From positions 1,461 through 65,460 of the forward strand of contig JBBIMI010000003.1 in the NCBI GenBank assembly GCA_037444485.1: a DNA stretch of 64,000 bases, in the 5' to 3' direction. How positions within the stretch are numbered: the first letter of the stretch is position 1; the number at the start of each line of letters is the position of its first letter. Under the pieces are notes generated by a model that was not told where the DNA came from, did no database searches, and was given only the letters and a program-made list of their open reading frames with translations. The stretch comes from Candidatus Micrarchaeota archaeon (GTDB lineage: Archaea; Micrarchaeota; Micrarchaeia; Norongarragalinales; Norongarragalinaceae). A program made the position numbers and the translations under genes. Positions 55,662-64,000 of this stretch are shown here, piece after piece.

Positions 55662-56432
55662 ATGGGCGTTATCCACGTCAAGAAAAAGAGTTTCCGCTTA
55701 AACAAGTACTGGGTTTTGCTTGTAATCGTAGTCATAGTGCAGGCAATCGCGGTAACAGACTTCGTACTACTCGAAAAAAGACCGTTTCCAGACGCTTTGT
55801 TTGAAAGCATGTGCACCGCGTTGTACGTCGACTGCGCGAGCGGCGCGCTGGTCACGAAAGTAGTGCACGTGTTGCTCGGGTTGACGACGATGGCCGTGCT
55901 TGCCGTAGTGATTACTGAAGGAGTTGATTACTTGATTAAAAACACTTTAGAGGGGAGGGGAATGAAAAAACAAATCAATGCGATGCGCAACCACATCATC
56001 GTATGCGGTTACGGAGAACTAGGCAAGACAGTTTGTCAGACTCTCGCCAACGAAAAAGAAGACTTCGTCGTTATAGACATTGACGCGAAGACAGCAAAAA
56101 AAGTTGCTGACGCTGGCTTTCCAGTAGTTGAAGGCGACGCTTTGGAAGCAAAAACGCTTCAGAAAGCCGGAATCGCGCGCGCCAGGCGCGTTGTAAGCGC
56201 CTTGAACTCTGATTCCTCCAACGTCTTCCTCACGCTCACTGTGAAAGAATTAAACCCGAGGGCAGCAGTCGCAACTCGCGCTTACAGCGAGGACGCCGTT
56301 GGCAAGCTCCACCGCGCAGGCGCCGACGTGATAGTAATGCCAGAGATAATCGGCGGTTTAGAGCTCGCGAAAGAAATACTGGATTTAGAGGACAGCTACG
56401 CAAGCAAACTCGTTTCAAGCAAAAAGAAATAA
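55662..56432 (+). CDS. 2-TM channel-like protein with RCK/TrkA-N domain
   Basis: HIIVCGYGELG, GDA, AGAD; likely start ATG 55662 (the track start lies inside the tRNA). Confidence 0.88.
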   Translation: MGVIHVKKKSFRLNKYWVLLVIVVIVQAIAVTDFVLLEKRPFPDALFESMCTALYVDCASGALVTKVVHVLLGLTTMAVLAVVITEGVDYLIKNTLEGRGMKKQINAMRNHIIVCGYGELGKTVCQTLANEKEDFVVIDIDAKTAKKVADAGFPVVEGDALEAKTLQKAGIARARRVVSALNSDSSNVFLTLTVKELNPRAAVATRAYSEDAVGKLHRAGADVIVMPEIIGGLELAKEILDLEDSYASKLVSSKKK

Positions 56433-56526
56433 CAGAAAGCCCATTGCAAGCGCGAAAATCAGTATCTCCAAAACAAGGCTTTTCAACGCCGGGTCTGACT
56501 CCTCGCTCACAAAAAAAGCACCTTCT

Positions 56527-57180
56527 TCAAGCTGCCTTGCTTTCGGCTTCCTTTTTCTTTTCAAGACGTTGTTTCGTGAGCTTCAAGGCGAAAAACCTTT
56601 CGCTTTCCATGCGGTTCAAGTGGTCGCTTATTTCCTTGATTGCGTCCCGCAATTCCGGTTGGACGTTGAACTCTAACGCGTTCACGCGCCTGTTCGTCTT
56701 CTCGATTTCCTTCAACAACCTCTTGAGCGCGCTTTCAGTTTCAGCTAGCTTCACCGCCAAGTTAAGCGAGGTTTCAAACGCTTCAACGCACTCGTCAAAC
56801 TTCGCGCTTCCATCCCGCACGTCGTAACCCCTATCGAGAAGAGAGCGTGAAACTAGAGTGCTGCGAATAGTTGGAATACGCACTCCCATGACGTTCTTCA
56901 CGCTTACCTCTATTCCAGGCGCTTCTCGAGAGTAAAGCGAAGCTGTTTCTAGAAAAAGCTTGCCGTGAAAAGCTGTTGCAAGCGCGAGGGCTTTAAAAGA
57001 GTGCGCGACTTGCGCGTCCAACTGCGAACGCAAGTCTTTCGCTTGCTTTACTACTGCAAAGAATTCTAGAATTAAAGCGTCGCGTTTTTTCTTGAGGATT
57101 TCGTAGCCTTTTTCTGCGAGCTGCAGCTTTTGCTTTGTGTCCAAAAGCTCCATTCTCGTCGGCTTGAGTCCTTCCTTCAA
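56527..57180 (-). CDS. atpD: A/V-type ATP synthase subunit D
   Basis: PTRMEL, LKKKRDAL, NVMGV, RRVNALE. Confidence 0.96.
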   Translation of the reverse strand: MKEGLKPTRMELLDTKQKLQLAEKGYEILKKKRDALILEFFAVVKQAKDLRSQLDAQVAHSFKALALATAFHGKLFLETASLYSREAPGIEVSVKNVMGVRIPTIRSTLVSRSLLDRGYDVRDGSAKFDECVEAFETSLNLAVKLAETESALKRLLKEIEKTNRRVNALEFNVQPELRDAIKEISDHLNRMESERFFALKLTKQRLEKKKEAESKAA

Positions 57181-57194
57181 CGTTGTTCAACCCT

Positions 57195-58577
57195 CTATTG
57201 TTTCCTGTACTTGCGCCCGTATTTTTCCAAGTGTTCAGGCTTCACGCGCTTCAACTCGCTCTCCGGAATAGATGCAAGCAACTCCCAACCGAGTTCGAGA
57301 CTCTCTTCAACATCGCGGTTTTCGTATTTTCCTTGACTCACGTACCGTTGTTCAAACGCGTTTGCGAATGCGAGAAACTTTTTATCCCGCTCGCTCAACG
57401 CTTCTTCGCCGACGACTGCAACCAAGTTACGCAAGTCGCGTCCTTCCGCGTAACAAGCGTACAACTGTGACGAAACCCCGGAGTGGTCTTCACGCGTGTG
57501 CTGCGGGCCGATTCCCAGCTGCATTAAACGCGATAGTGACGGCAGCACGTCAATGCAGGGATAAATGTTTTTTCTGTTCAAATCACGGCTCAACACTATT
57601 TGGCCTTCAGTAATATAGCCAGTCAAGTCTGGAATGGGGTGAGTGATGTCCTCTTCAGGCATCGTCAAAATAGGCAGTTGCGTGATGCTTCCTTTTTTGC
57701 CTTTAATCACGCCCGCGCGTTCATAAATGCTAGCCAAGTCCGTATACAAATAGCCGGGGTAACCGCGGCGGCCCGGCACTTCCTGCCTTGCGGCGGCAAT
57801 TTCGCGCAACGCGTCCGCGTAGTTCGTCATGTCGGTCAAGATGACGAGAACTTGCATGTCCCGCTCGAAAGCCAAGTATTCGGCAGTCGTCAACGCCAAG
57901 CGGGGCGTGATCAAGCGTTCGACGCTCGGGTCGTTCGCGAGATTCAAGAACAGCACGCTGCGTTCGAGAGCGCCTGTTTTTTCGAAGTCACGCATGAAGA
58001 AACTCGCTTCAGCGTAAGTAATGCCCATCGCAGCGAATACGACGACAAAATCCGTCTTTTCACCCTTAATCGTCGCTTGCCTGGCGATCTGCACTGCAAT
58101 GTCGTTGTGCGGCAAGCCTGCAGTCGAAAAGATTGGTAGCTTCTGCCCGCGAACTAGCGTGTTCATGACGTCTAACGTGGACAAGCCAGTTTGAATAAAA
58201 TCATGCGGCTCAGCGCGTGCGCTGGGATTGATTGCAACCCCGTTGACGTCCAGCTTTTCCTTTGAAATAATGGGCGGACCGCCGTCCACCGGCTCGCCGC
58301 TTCCATCGAAAACGCGTCCAAGCATCTCGTCACTTACCGGAATTCTCAGGGTTTCTTTCTGGAAGCGCACGCGAGTGAGTTTCGTGTCCAAGCCAGTGGT
58401 TTCTCCGAACACTTGCACTGCAGCCAAACCGCGCGAGGATTCGAGCACTTGACCGCGTTTCTTCTCGCCGTTCGGAAGAATGATTTCCACGGTTTCATTG
58501 TAAGCGGCGTCTTCAACGCCTTCAACGAAGACTATTGGACCGAAAATTTGTTTAACGCTCTGAAATTCCTTAATCAC
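57195..58577 (-). CDS. atpB: A/V-type ATP synthase subunit B
   Basis: [32 protein letters not shown]. Confidence 0.97.
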   Translation of the reverse strand: MIKEFQSVKQIFGPIVFVEGVEDAAYNETVEIILPNGEKKRGQVLESSRGLAAVQVFGETTGLDTKLTRVRFQKETLRIPVSDEMLGRVFDGSGEPVDGGPPIISKEKLDVNGVAINPSARAEPHDFIQTGLSTLDVMNTLVRGQKLPIFSTAGLPHNDIAVQIARQATIKGEKTDFVVVFAAMGITYAEASFFMRDFEKTGALERSVLFLNLANDPSVERLITPRLALTTAEYLAFERDMQVLVILTDMTNYADALREIAAARQEVPGRRGYPGYLYTDLASIYERAGVIKGKKGSITQLPILTMPEEDITHPIPDLTGYITEGQIVLSRDLNRKNIYPCIDVLPSLSRLMQLGIGPQHTREDHSGVSSQLYACYAEGRDLRNLVAVVGEEALSERDKKFLAFANAFEQRYVSQGKYENRDVEESLELGWELLASIPESELKRVKPEHLEKYGRKYRKQ

Positions 58578-58614
58578 GTGAAACCACCTTTTTGTTTAAG
58601 CATGTTTTTTTGTT

Positions 58615-60348
58615 TCAAGAGTGTTTAGCCGATAGTGAAGAGTCGATTGACTTCATCAAGTCGCTTACTTTCTTTTCGAATCCTTCGTCGCGAGTGCGCT
58701 TCAACTGCGCGATTTCCTGCCGTTCCTTGATTCCCAAAATCTTTTCGAAAGGTATTTCCATCGCCAACGCCGCAACCGCCTTTTCGTAGTAATGCATGAT
58801 TACCTTCAACAGCCAGTATTGTTTCTGCGGCGGCGAGTAAGCGTCGATTTCCTCGAAAGAGTGTTGCTGCAGGAAGTCTTCACGAATCATCTTCGTCGCT
58901 TCAAGAACAAGCCTCTCGCGTTCCGGCAGCGCGTCCGGACCGACGAGCTGCACTATAGCCTGCAATTCAGCTTCTTTTTGCAGCAACTCCATTGCTTTCG
59001 CGCGCAGAGGCATGAAGTCGGGCGCCACGTGCTTCGCGTAGTAATCCGAGAGTTCGTCGAGGTAAAGCGAGTACGACTTCAACCAATTGATTGCGGGATA
59101 GTGCCGGCGTCTTGCGAGGCTGGAATCAAGCGCCCAGAAGGCTTTCGTGATGCGAAGAGTTCCTTGTGAGACGGGTTCGCTGATGTCGCCGCCAGGCGGA
59201 GAAACAGCGCCGATTATCGAAACGCTTCCCACTCGCGCTGGAGAACCGAGGCAGTCGACGCGTCCGCTGCGTTCGTAGAACTCGGCGAGCTTACGCGACA
59301 AGTAAGCTGGGTAGCCTTCTTCTCCAGGCATTTCTTCCATGCGCCCGCTGATTTCACGCATTGCTTCTGCCCAGCGCGAAGTCGAGTCGGCCATGAGCGC
59401 GACGTCGAAACCCATGTCGCGATAATACTCGGCAATCGTAACGCCGGTGTAAATGCTTGCTTCGCGAGCTGCGACAGGCATGTTAGACGTGTTCGCTATG
59501 AGCACAGTTCGGTTCATCAACGGTTTTTTGGTTTTCGGGTCTAAGAGTTCGGGAAATTGAGTCAACACTTCAGTCATTTCATTCCCGCGTTCGCCGCAGC
59601 CGATGTAAACAATTATGTCCGCATCCGCGTACTTCGCCAAATCCTGCTGCGTCACGGTTTTTCCAGTTCCGAAGCCGCCTGGAATTGCTGCAGTTCCTCC
59701 TTTCGCGATTGGAAAAAACGTGTCGAGAATTCTTTTTCCGGAAACCAGTGGGACTTCGAAACGCTTTTTTTCTTTGTATGGCCGCGAGACGCGGACAGGC
59801 CATTTTTGCATTAAGGAAATTTTCTTGCCGCCGACTTTCGCTATCTCCTCTTCGACCGTGAAGGAACCTTCGCTTATGCTTTCGAGAGTTCCTTCAATTT
59901 TGGGCGGGACGAGAATCCTATGCTCCAAGTCGCCTTCCTTGACTGTTCCTAGAACGTCGCCTGGCGAGAGTTTAGCACCTTTCTTTGCAGTCGGCTTGAA
60001 AGCCCATTTTTTCTTTCTGTCGAGCGATGGGACGTAGACTCCTCGGGTGATGAAGTCGCCAGTGTCTTTACGAATCGCTTCGAGCGGGCGCTGGATTCCG
60101 TCGAAGACAGTAGTCAACAACCCAGGCCCTAGTTCGACTTGCAAGGGCGCGCCTGTCGCTTCAATGGGGTCGCCGGGTTTCAAACCGCTCGTGTCTTCGT
60201 AAACTTGAATGCTGGCTTCGTCGCCGTGCAAAGCAATGATTTCGCCCAAAAGCTTTTCCTTCCCGACTTTTACGACTTCATTGATAGTAGTTCCCTTCAT
60301 TCCTTTTCCTACGATGAGCGGTCCAGAGATTCTAGCTAATTCACCCAT
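58615..60348 (-). CDS. atpA: A/V-type ATP synthase subunit A
   Basis: [22 protein letters not shown]; no intein. Confidence 0.97.
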   Translation of the reverse strand: MGELARISGPLIVGKGMKGTTINEVVKVGKEKLLGEIIALHGDEASIQVYEDTSGLKPGDPIEATGAPLQVELGPGLLTTVFDGIQRPLEAIRKDTGDFITRGVYVPSLDRKKKWAFKPTAKKGAKLSPGDVLGTVKEGDLEHRILVPPKIEGTLESISEGSFTVEEEIAKVGGKKISLMQKWPVRVSRPYKEKKRFEVPLVSGKRILDTFFPIAKGGTAAIPGGFGTGKTVTQQDLAKYADADIIVYIGCGERGNEMTEVLTQFPELLDPKTKKPLMNRTVLIANTSNMPVAAREASIYTGVTIAEYYRDMGFDVALMADSTSRWAEAMREISGRMEEMPGEEGYPAYLSRKLAEFYERSGRVDCLGSPARVGSVSIIGAVSPPGGDISEPVSQGTLRITKAFWALDSSLARRRHYPAINWLKSYSLYLDELSDYYAKHVAPDFMPLRAKAMELLQKEAELQAIVQLVGPDALPERERLVLEATKMIREDFLQQHSFEEIDAYSPPQKQYWLLKVIMHYYEKAVAALAMEIPFEKILGIKERQEIAQLKRTRDEGFEKKVSDLMKSIDSSLSAKHS

Positions 60349-60375
60349 TCTAAAACAACCTCCTTTTTCAAAAAA

Positions 60376-60693
60376 TTATTTTGCTGTCAAGTCAACTCCA
60401 ATGGCTTTCTTTATCATCAAAGCAAGCGGATTAACTCCAGTCGGCCTTACAGTCTTTCCCGGAATCGTCAGCACCACGGGTTTGGCGAGCGTTTCAATCG
60501 CCTTCAGCGTTTTTTGTGAAAACAACTTTTGCGTGTCTTCAGACAAGATAATCAAACCCACTTTCTCGTCCGCAGTCAATTCGAGAAATTTTTCGTCTGC
60601 ATTCTGAGCGTTCGCTACAACCGCGCGTCGGACGCCTGCTAGTTTGAAGCCGACGACAGTCTCTTCATCCCCCAAAACAGCGATTTCTTCCAT
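60376..60693 (-). CDS. atpF: A/V-type ATP synthase subunit F
   Basis: IAVLGD..VGFKLAG, KAIGVD. Confidence 0.94.
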   Translation of the reverse strand: MEEIAVLGDEETVVGFKLAGVRRAVVANAQNADEKFLELTADEKVGLIILSEDTQKLFSQKTLKAIETLAKPVVLTIPGKTVRPTGVNPLALMIKKAIGVDLTAK

Positions 60694-60699
60694 AACTCA

Positions 60700-61725
60700 T
60701 CACAAGTTTACCGCGAATACAGCGTCCTTCAACTCGTCTTTGACGCCGAAGTTGGTGGCGTAAACGATTTTCTGGATGTTGCTCAACTCGATTAACTTGA
60801 GGTAGTAATAACCGAGGACCGCTCCGAAGCTCAAGACGCTCAAGCGGAAGTCACGCAAAGCGTTTTCCACGAACTTTCTTTCGAGAGCGACTTCAACGCG
60901 CGCGATTGACTCGCGCTCGTTCGCCGGAATGGTGACGTGAAACTCTTTCTCGGCGATTGAAACGCCGTCGGAATAGCTTTTGCTGGCGAGCACGTGGCGC
61001 ACCTTGCGCGACAAGGGCTGCGTCAAGCGGGGGGTTATTTCCTTCTCGCTTAAACCGGTCTTCTTCAAACGTAGAGAAAGCACCGCGTTGGTGTAATCGA
61101 GTCGGTCTTGCAATAGTTTTTTGACTAGAGCGTCTTTTTCGGCTTGCAGGGTTTTCGTCAAGAAAGCAGAGTAGTAATCGTTTAAAGCGCCTGCGAGGAT
61201 GCGGAAGTCTTTCGTCTTTTCGAACTGCTTTACCAGCGATTCTGGAAAGACCGAGCCGTACTCGCTCTTCCGCAGCGCGGCAAGCGCTTCAGTGTAATCG
61301 TGTGCTTTAAGCATTTTTTCTATCAGCGGGGCGTTTTGTTCGCTTGCGTTCACCAAATCGCCTTTCACAACCTCCAAACCAAGGACTTTCTTGGCGATTA
61401 TGGTCTTCAAATCGCGGATTTCGAGTTCCATCGACAGGATTCTGAATTTCTCGCGCGCTTTCTTCGGCAGGAAGAAATAAATTTTCTTGAGTGTTGCAGA
61501 CAAGTTTTCTTGAAGCGCTCGCGAAACGAGTTCGGTTCCAGAATACTCTGAAGACAACTTCACCAAGAACGGCTTGTAAACCGCGTCTTCTTCCAGGAGT
61601 TCCACTACTTCGTTTACGGAACCGACTTCAAGCATTTCCTTGACTACGGTTTCCTTCAACAAACGCGATTTCATTGCTTTGACGCGCGCGTTGACGTACG
61701 AGTAACTCAAGTCCATAAACTTCAC
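60700..61725 (-). CDS. atpC: A/V-type ATP synthase subunit C
   Basis: YSYVNARVKAMKSRLL; operon position. Confidence 0.93.
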   Translation of the reverse strand: MKFMDLSYSYVNARVKAMKSRLLKETVVKEMLEVGSVNEVVELLEEDAVYKPFLVKLSSEYSGTELVSRALQENLSATLKKIYFFLPKKAREKFRILSMELEIRDLKTIIAKKVLGLEVVKGDLVNASEQNAPLIEKMLKAHDYTEALAALRKSEYGSVFPESLVKQFEKTKDFRILAGALNDYYSAFLTKTLQAEKDALVKKLLQDRLDYTNAVLSLRLKKTGLSEKEITPRLTQPLSRKVRHVLASKSYSDGVSIAEKEFHVTIPANERESIARVEVALERKFVENALRDFRLSVLSFGAVLGYYYLKLIELSNIQKIVYATNFGVKDELKDAVFAVNL

Positions 61726-62369
61726 TTACGCTTCTTTTTCTTCGGCTTTACAGCCTTCGCCTTTGCAGCCTGCTTCGGGCGCGGTTTGGGTTCAAGCGCT
61801 TTGGGTTTTGCTTTCCTCGCAAAGAATTGTTCGAAAGCCATTTGCTTCAATTCATTCGCGTGTTCTTCGAGTAAAGCCTCAAAAGAATTGTCTACGCGGA
61901 GCCTTCCGTCACGCGAAGTGACCACAACGCCTCCAATCACGTCAAGCGTTGGGTTGACGTTCCCGTATTTTTTCGCAAGCGCGGCGTCGCGTTTGTTTAC
62001 GTGAAACACGCAGTTTTCGCCTGCAACGCGTTTGCCTTCTTCAACGAGTTGGTCGAAGATTTTCGGGTACTCGCGCGTTTGCGTGAGTTTTTCAAGCTCG
62101 CGTTTGACTTCCTTGAGCGCTTCGTCTAGAACCGCGTTTCTGGCGTCCGCAATGATTTTTTTTGCTGTCAAGCGCGCTGCGTAAACGCCGACTTCCTTCT
62201 GCGCGACTTCAGCCTTCGTCTTTTCAGCTTCCTTCGCGAGGAGTGCTTTCGCTTGCTCCCGCGCTTCGCCGAGGATTTTTTCGGCTTCGGCTTGCGCTTC
62301 GCGCAGCAGTCTAGCGGCTTCGCTTGAAGCTTGCTTGCTTATTTCCTGACGTAATTCATTCAAACCCAT
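61722..62369 (-). CDS. atpE: A/V-type ATP synthase subunit E
   Basis: MGL..coiled coil, GGVVV..DG..VDNSFE. Confidence 0.93.
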   Translation of the reverse strand: MGLNELRQEISKQASSEAARLLREAQAEAEKILGEAREQAKALLAKEAEKTKAEVAQKEVGVYAARLTAKKIIADARNAVLDEALKEVKRELEKLTQTREYPKIFDQLVEEGKRVAGENCVFHVNKRDAALAKKYGNVNPTLDVIGGVVVTSRDGRLRVDNSFEALLEEHANELKQMAFEQFFARKAKPKALEPKPRPKQAAKAKAVKPKKKKRK

Positions 62370-62435
62370 GGTTTTTCACTTAGGGGGCTTTCACAAGTAA
62401 AGCCCTTTTTTTCGCTAACCGTCTTCAACGGTTTT

Positions 62436-62663
62436 TTATTTTATTGACGAAATGATTAGGTAAGCGACAACGAAGCCCAGGATGACCATGGTTTCGGGAA
62501 GCGCTAGGAAAAGCAAGACTTTGCCTTCCGCCCCCTCTTTCTCGGCCATCAAGCCCATTCCAGCCGAACCAATGGCGCTTTGCACCCAAGCGGTTCCAAG
62601 CGCGCCCAGCCCGACTGCAAGAGCCGCGCCCACGCCAACCAATCCACTTCCAAAGTCAACCAA
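62436..62663 (-). CDS. atpK: A/V-type ATP synthase proteolipid subunit K/c
   Basis: Single hairpin, 75 aa, LPET carboxylate motif. Confidence 0.95.
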   Translation of the reverse strand: MVDFGSGLVGVGAALAVGLGALGTAWVQSAIGSAGMGLMAEKEGAEGKVLLFLALPETMVILGFVVAYLIISSIK

Positions 62664-62691
62664 TTTTTCAACACCTCTCTCTTGTTTTAAC

Positions 62692-64000
62692 TTAAATGTT
62701 TTTCTCCCGCAAGGGAAGAAACGGAATGCCTCCGCCGTGATAAAACTTGCTGAAAAACTCCACGTAATGCAAACGAAGCGACTGAATCGACGCTTCGAAA
62801 ATCCCTAACAACAGTGCAGTGAAGTGCCCGAAAACAAACAACAAGCCGAACAACGTGAAGGAAACAATCGTGACAGGGTTTGATAACGACACCGTCAACG
62901 GCAGTTGATTGATTATCAAAGCAAGAATAACGCCTGAAACGCCGAGAGCCATAATCCTTAGATACGAGAAAAGATTGCTGAACAGCGTGAAGACTTCAAA
63001 GAAAGCCATTGCGCCTTCGCAAACCATTATTCCCACTAACGCGATTACCGTAAGCGGAAGGGAAACGCTTGGCGTGAGAATCGCAGCCATGGGTTTGAAC
63101 AACTCGAAAAACGCGATGTTCGCTGAAGCGGTGAAGAAGGAGAGGATGCTGAATTCGAGCAAAAGCCAAAAGGCTTTCGCAGCCGCGTGCTTCCAGTGCC
63201 TCGCGCGCGCGTTCTCAAAAACACCGATTGCAAAGCCAGCTGCCAAGTGAATAAAGCCGACGAGAACAGTCAACGCAATCAAGAACTGTAAGCCTTGTTC
63301 TTCAACGCGGTGAATCAACGGATGCAGTTCGTACCCGAGAATGTTCTCGAAGCCGAAGAACTCGCCGTAAATAAAGCCGAAGAAAATCGTGAACAACGCA
63401 GAGAACATCATGATGCCGCTCGCATTGCGGAAAAATCCTTTCGAAAACTTCGAGCGAATCACGAGCGCGAGGGCAAGCGCGGCCAAGCCGTAGCCGACGT
63501 CGCCTAAAATCATGCCGAAAAACAACGGGAAAGTCAAGGAAATCAAGAGCGTGGGGTCGACGTCATGCACGCCCGGCAGCGAGAAGAACTTCACAAAAAA
63601 CTCGAAGGGCTTGAAAGTCTTGGGATTCTTCAAAAGCACGGGACTCGGCTCGTGCTCGCCGAGTTTCACGTCTTCCAACACAAAGCGTTTACCCAAGGTT
63701 TTCTCTAGGGAAGCGCGGAGTTTTTCGCGCAAAGGCGTTGGAATCCAGCCTTCAAGCATTAACGTCCGCTCGCTCTCTCCAAAACGAGCAGGCAAACTCG
63801 CCTCCTCCGCTTTTAATTCAAGCGCTTCGCGTAGCGAAACGATTTTGGTGAAAAAGAGCTTCTTGAACGCGTTCAACTCGCGCAACACTAACGCGCGTTG
63901 CTCCGCGTTTTCAGCGAGTTCTCCCTCGATTTTCGCGATCTCGTCTCTGAAAAACTCGCTTTCAACAACCGGAATCGCGAGTTCGTTAGCAACGAACGGC
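62692..64000 (-). CDS. atpI: A/V-type ATP synthase subunit I/a (5' end outside window)
   Basis: EGW, DPT, FFGMILGDVGYG, SYLRIMAL, LRLHYVEFF. Confidence 0.96.
   Translation of the reverse strand, partial: PFVANELAIPVVESEFFRDEIAKIEGELAENAEQRALVLRELNAFKKLFFTKIVSLREALELKAEEASLPARFGESERTLMLEGWIPTPLREKLRASLEKTLGKRFVLEDVKLGEHEPSPVLLKNPKTFKPFEFFVKFFSLPGVHDVDPTLLISLTFPLFFGMILGDVGYGLAALALALVIRSKFSKGFFRNASGIMMFSALFTIFFGFIYGEFFGFENILGYELHPLIHRVEEQGLQFLIALTVLVGFIHLAAGFAIGVFENARARHWKHAAAKAFWLLLEFSILSFFTASANIAFFELFKPMAAILTPSVSLPLTVIALVGIMVCEGAMAFFEVFTLFSNLFSYLRIMALGVSGVILALIINQLPLTVSLSNPVTIVSFTLFGLLFVFGHFTALLLGIFEASIQSLRLHYVEFFSKFYHGGGIPFLPLREKNI

Overview
This is an archaeal chromosome segment. Its gene content suggests a DPANN/Micrarchaeota-like organism (inference). 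It is mostly housekeeping: AlaRS, TyrRS, GatD/GatE, ribosomal proteins, tRNA-modification enzymes, SMC, Cdc6, FtsZ-SecE-Spt5-L11, archaeal lipid enzymes, a Tad-like type IV pilus locus and an A-type ATP synthase operon. Several features are missing from the ORF track. These are three intron-containing tRNAs (Thr-UGU with a 111-nt A-rich intron, the rare Ile-UAU, and Gln-CUG with a D-loop intron), a decayed IS200/IS605 tnpA, and two ~197-bp structured mini-elements that share its left end. There is also a doubly inactivated AbrB/VapC pair, a head-to-head lrp/asnA deletion and a two-microprotein operon. The most striking signals are (i) pervasive short tandem duplications seeded at gene ends, with units that are multiples of 3 inside ORFs, (ii) the IS200-derived structured repeat family, and (iii) a small protein ending in a ribosomal P-stalk-like tail. 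No CRISPR array or rRNA was seen. All calls come from reading the sequence by eye; no searches were run.
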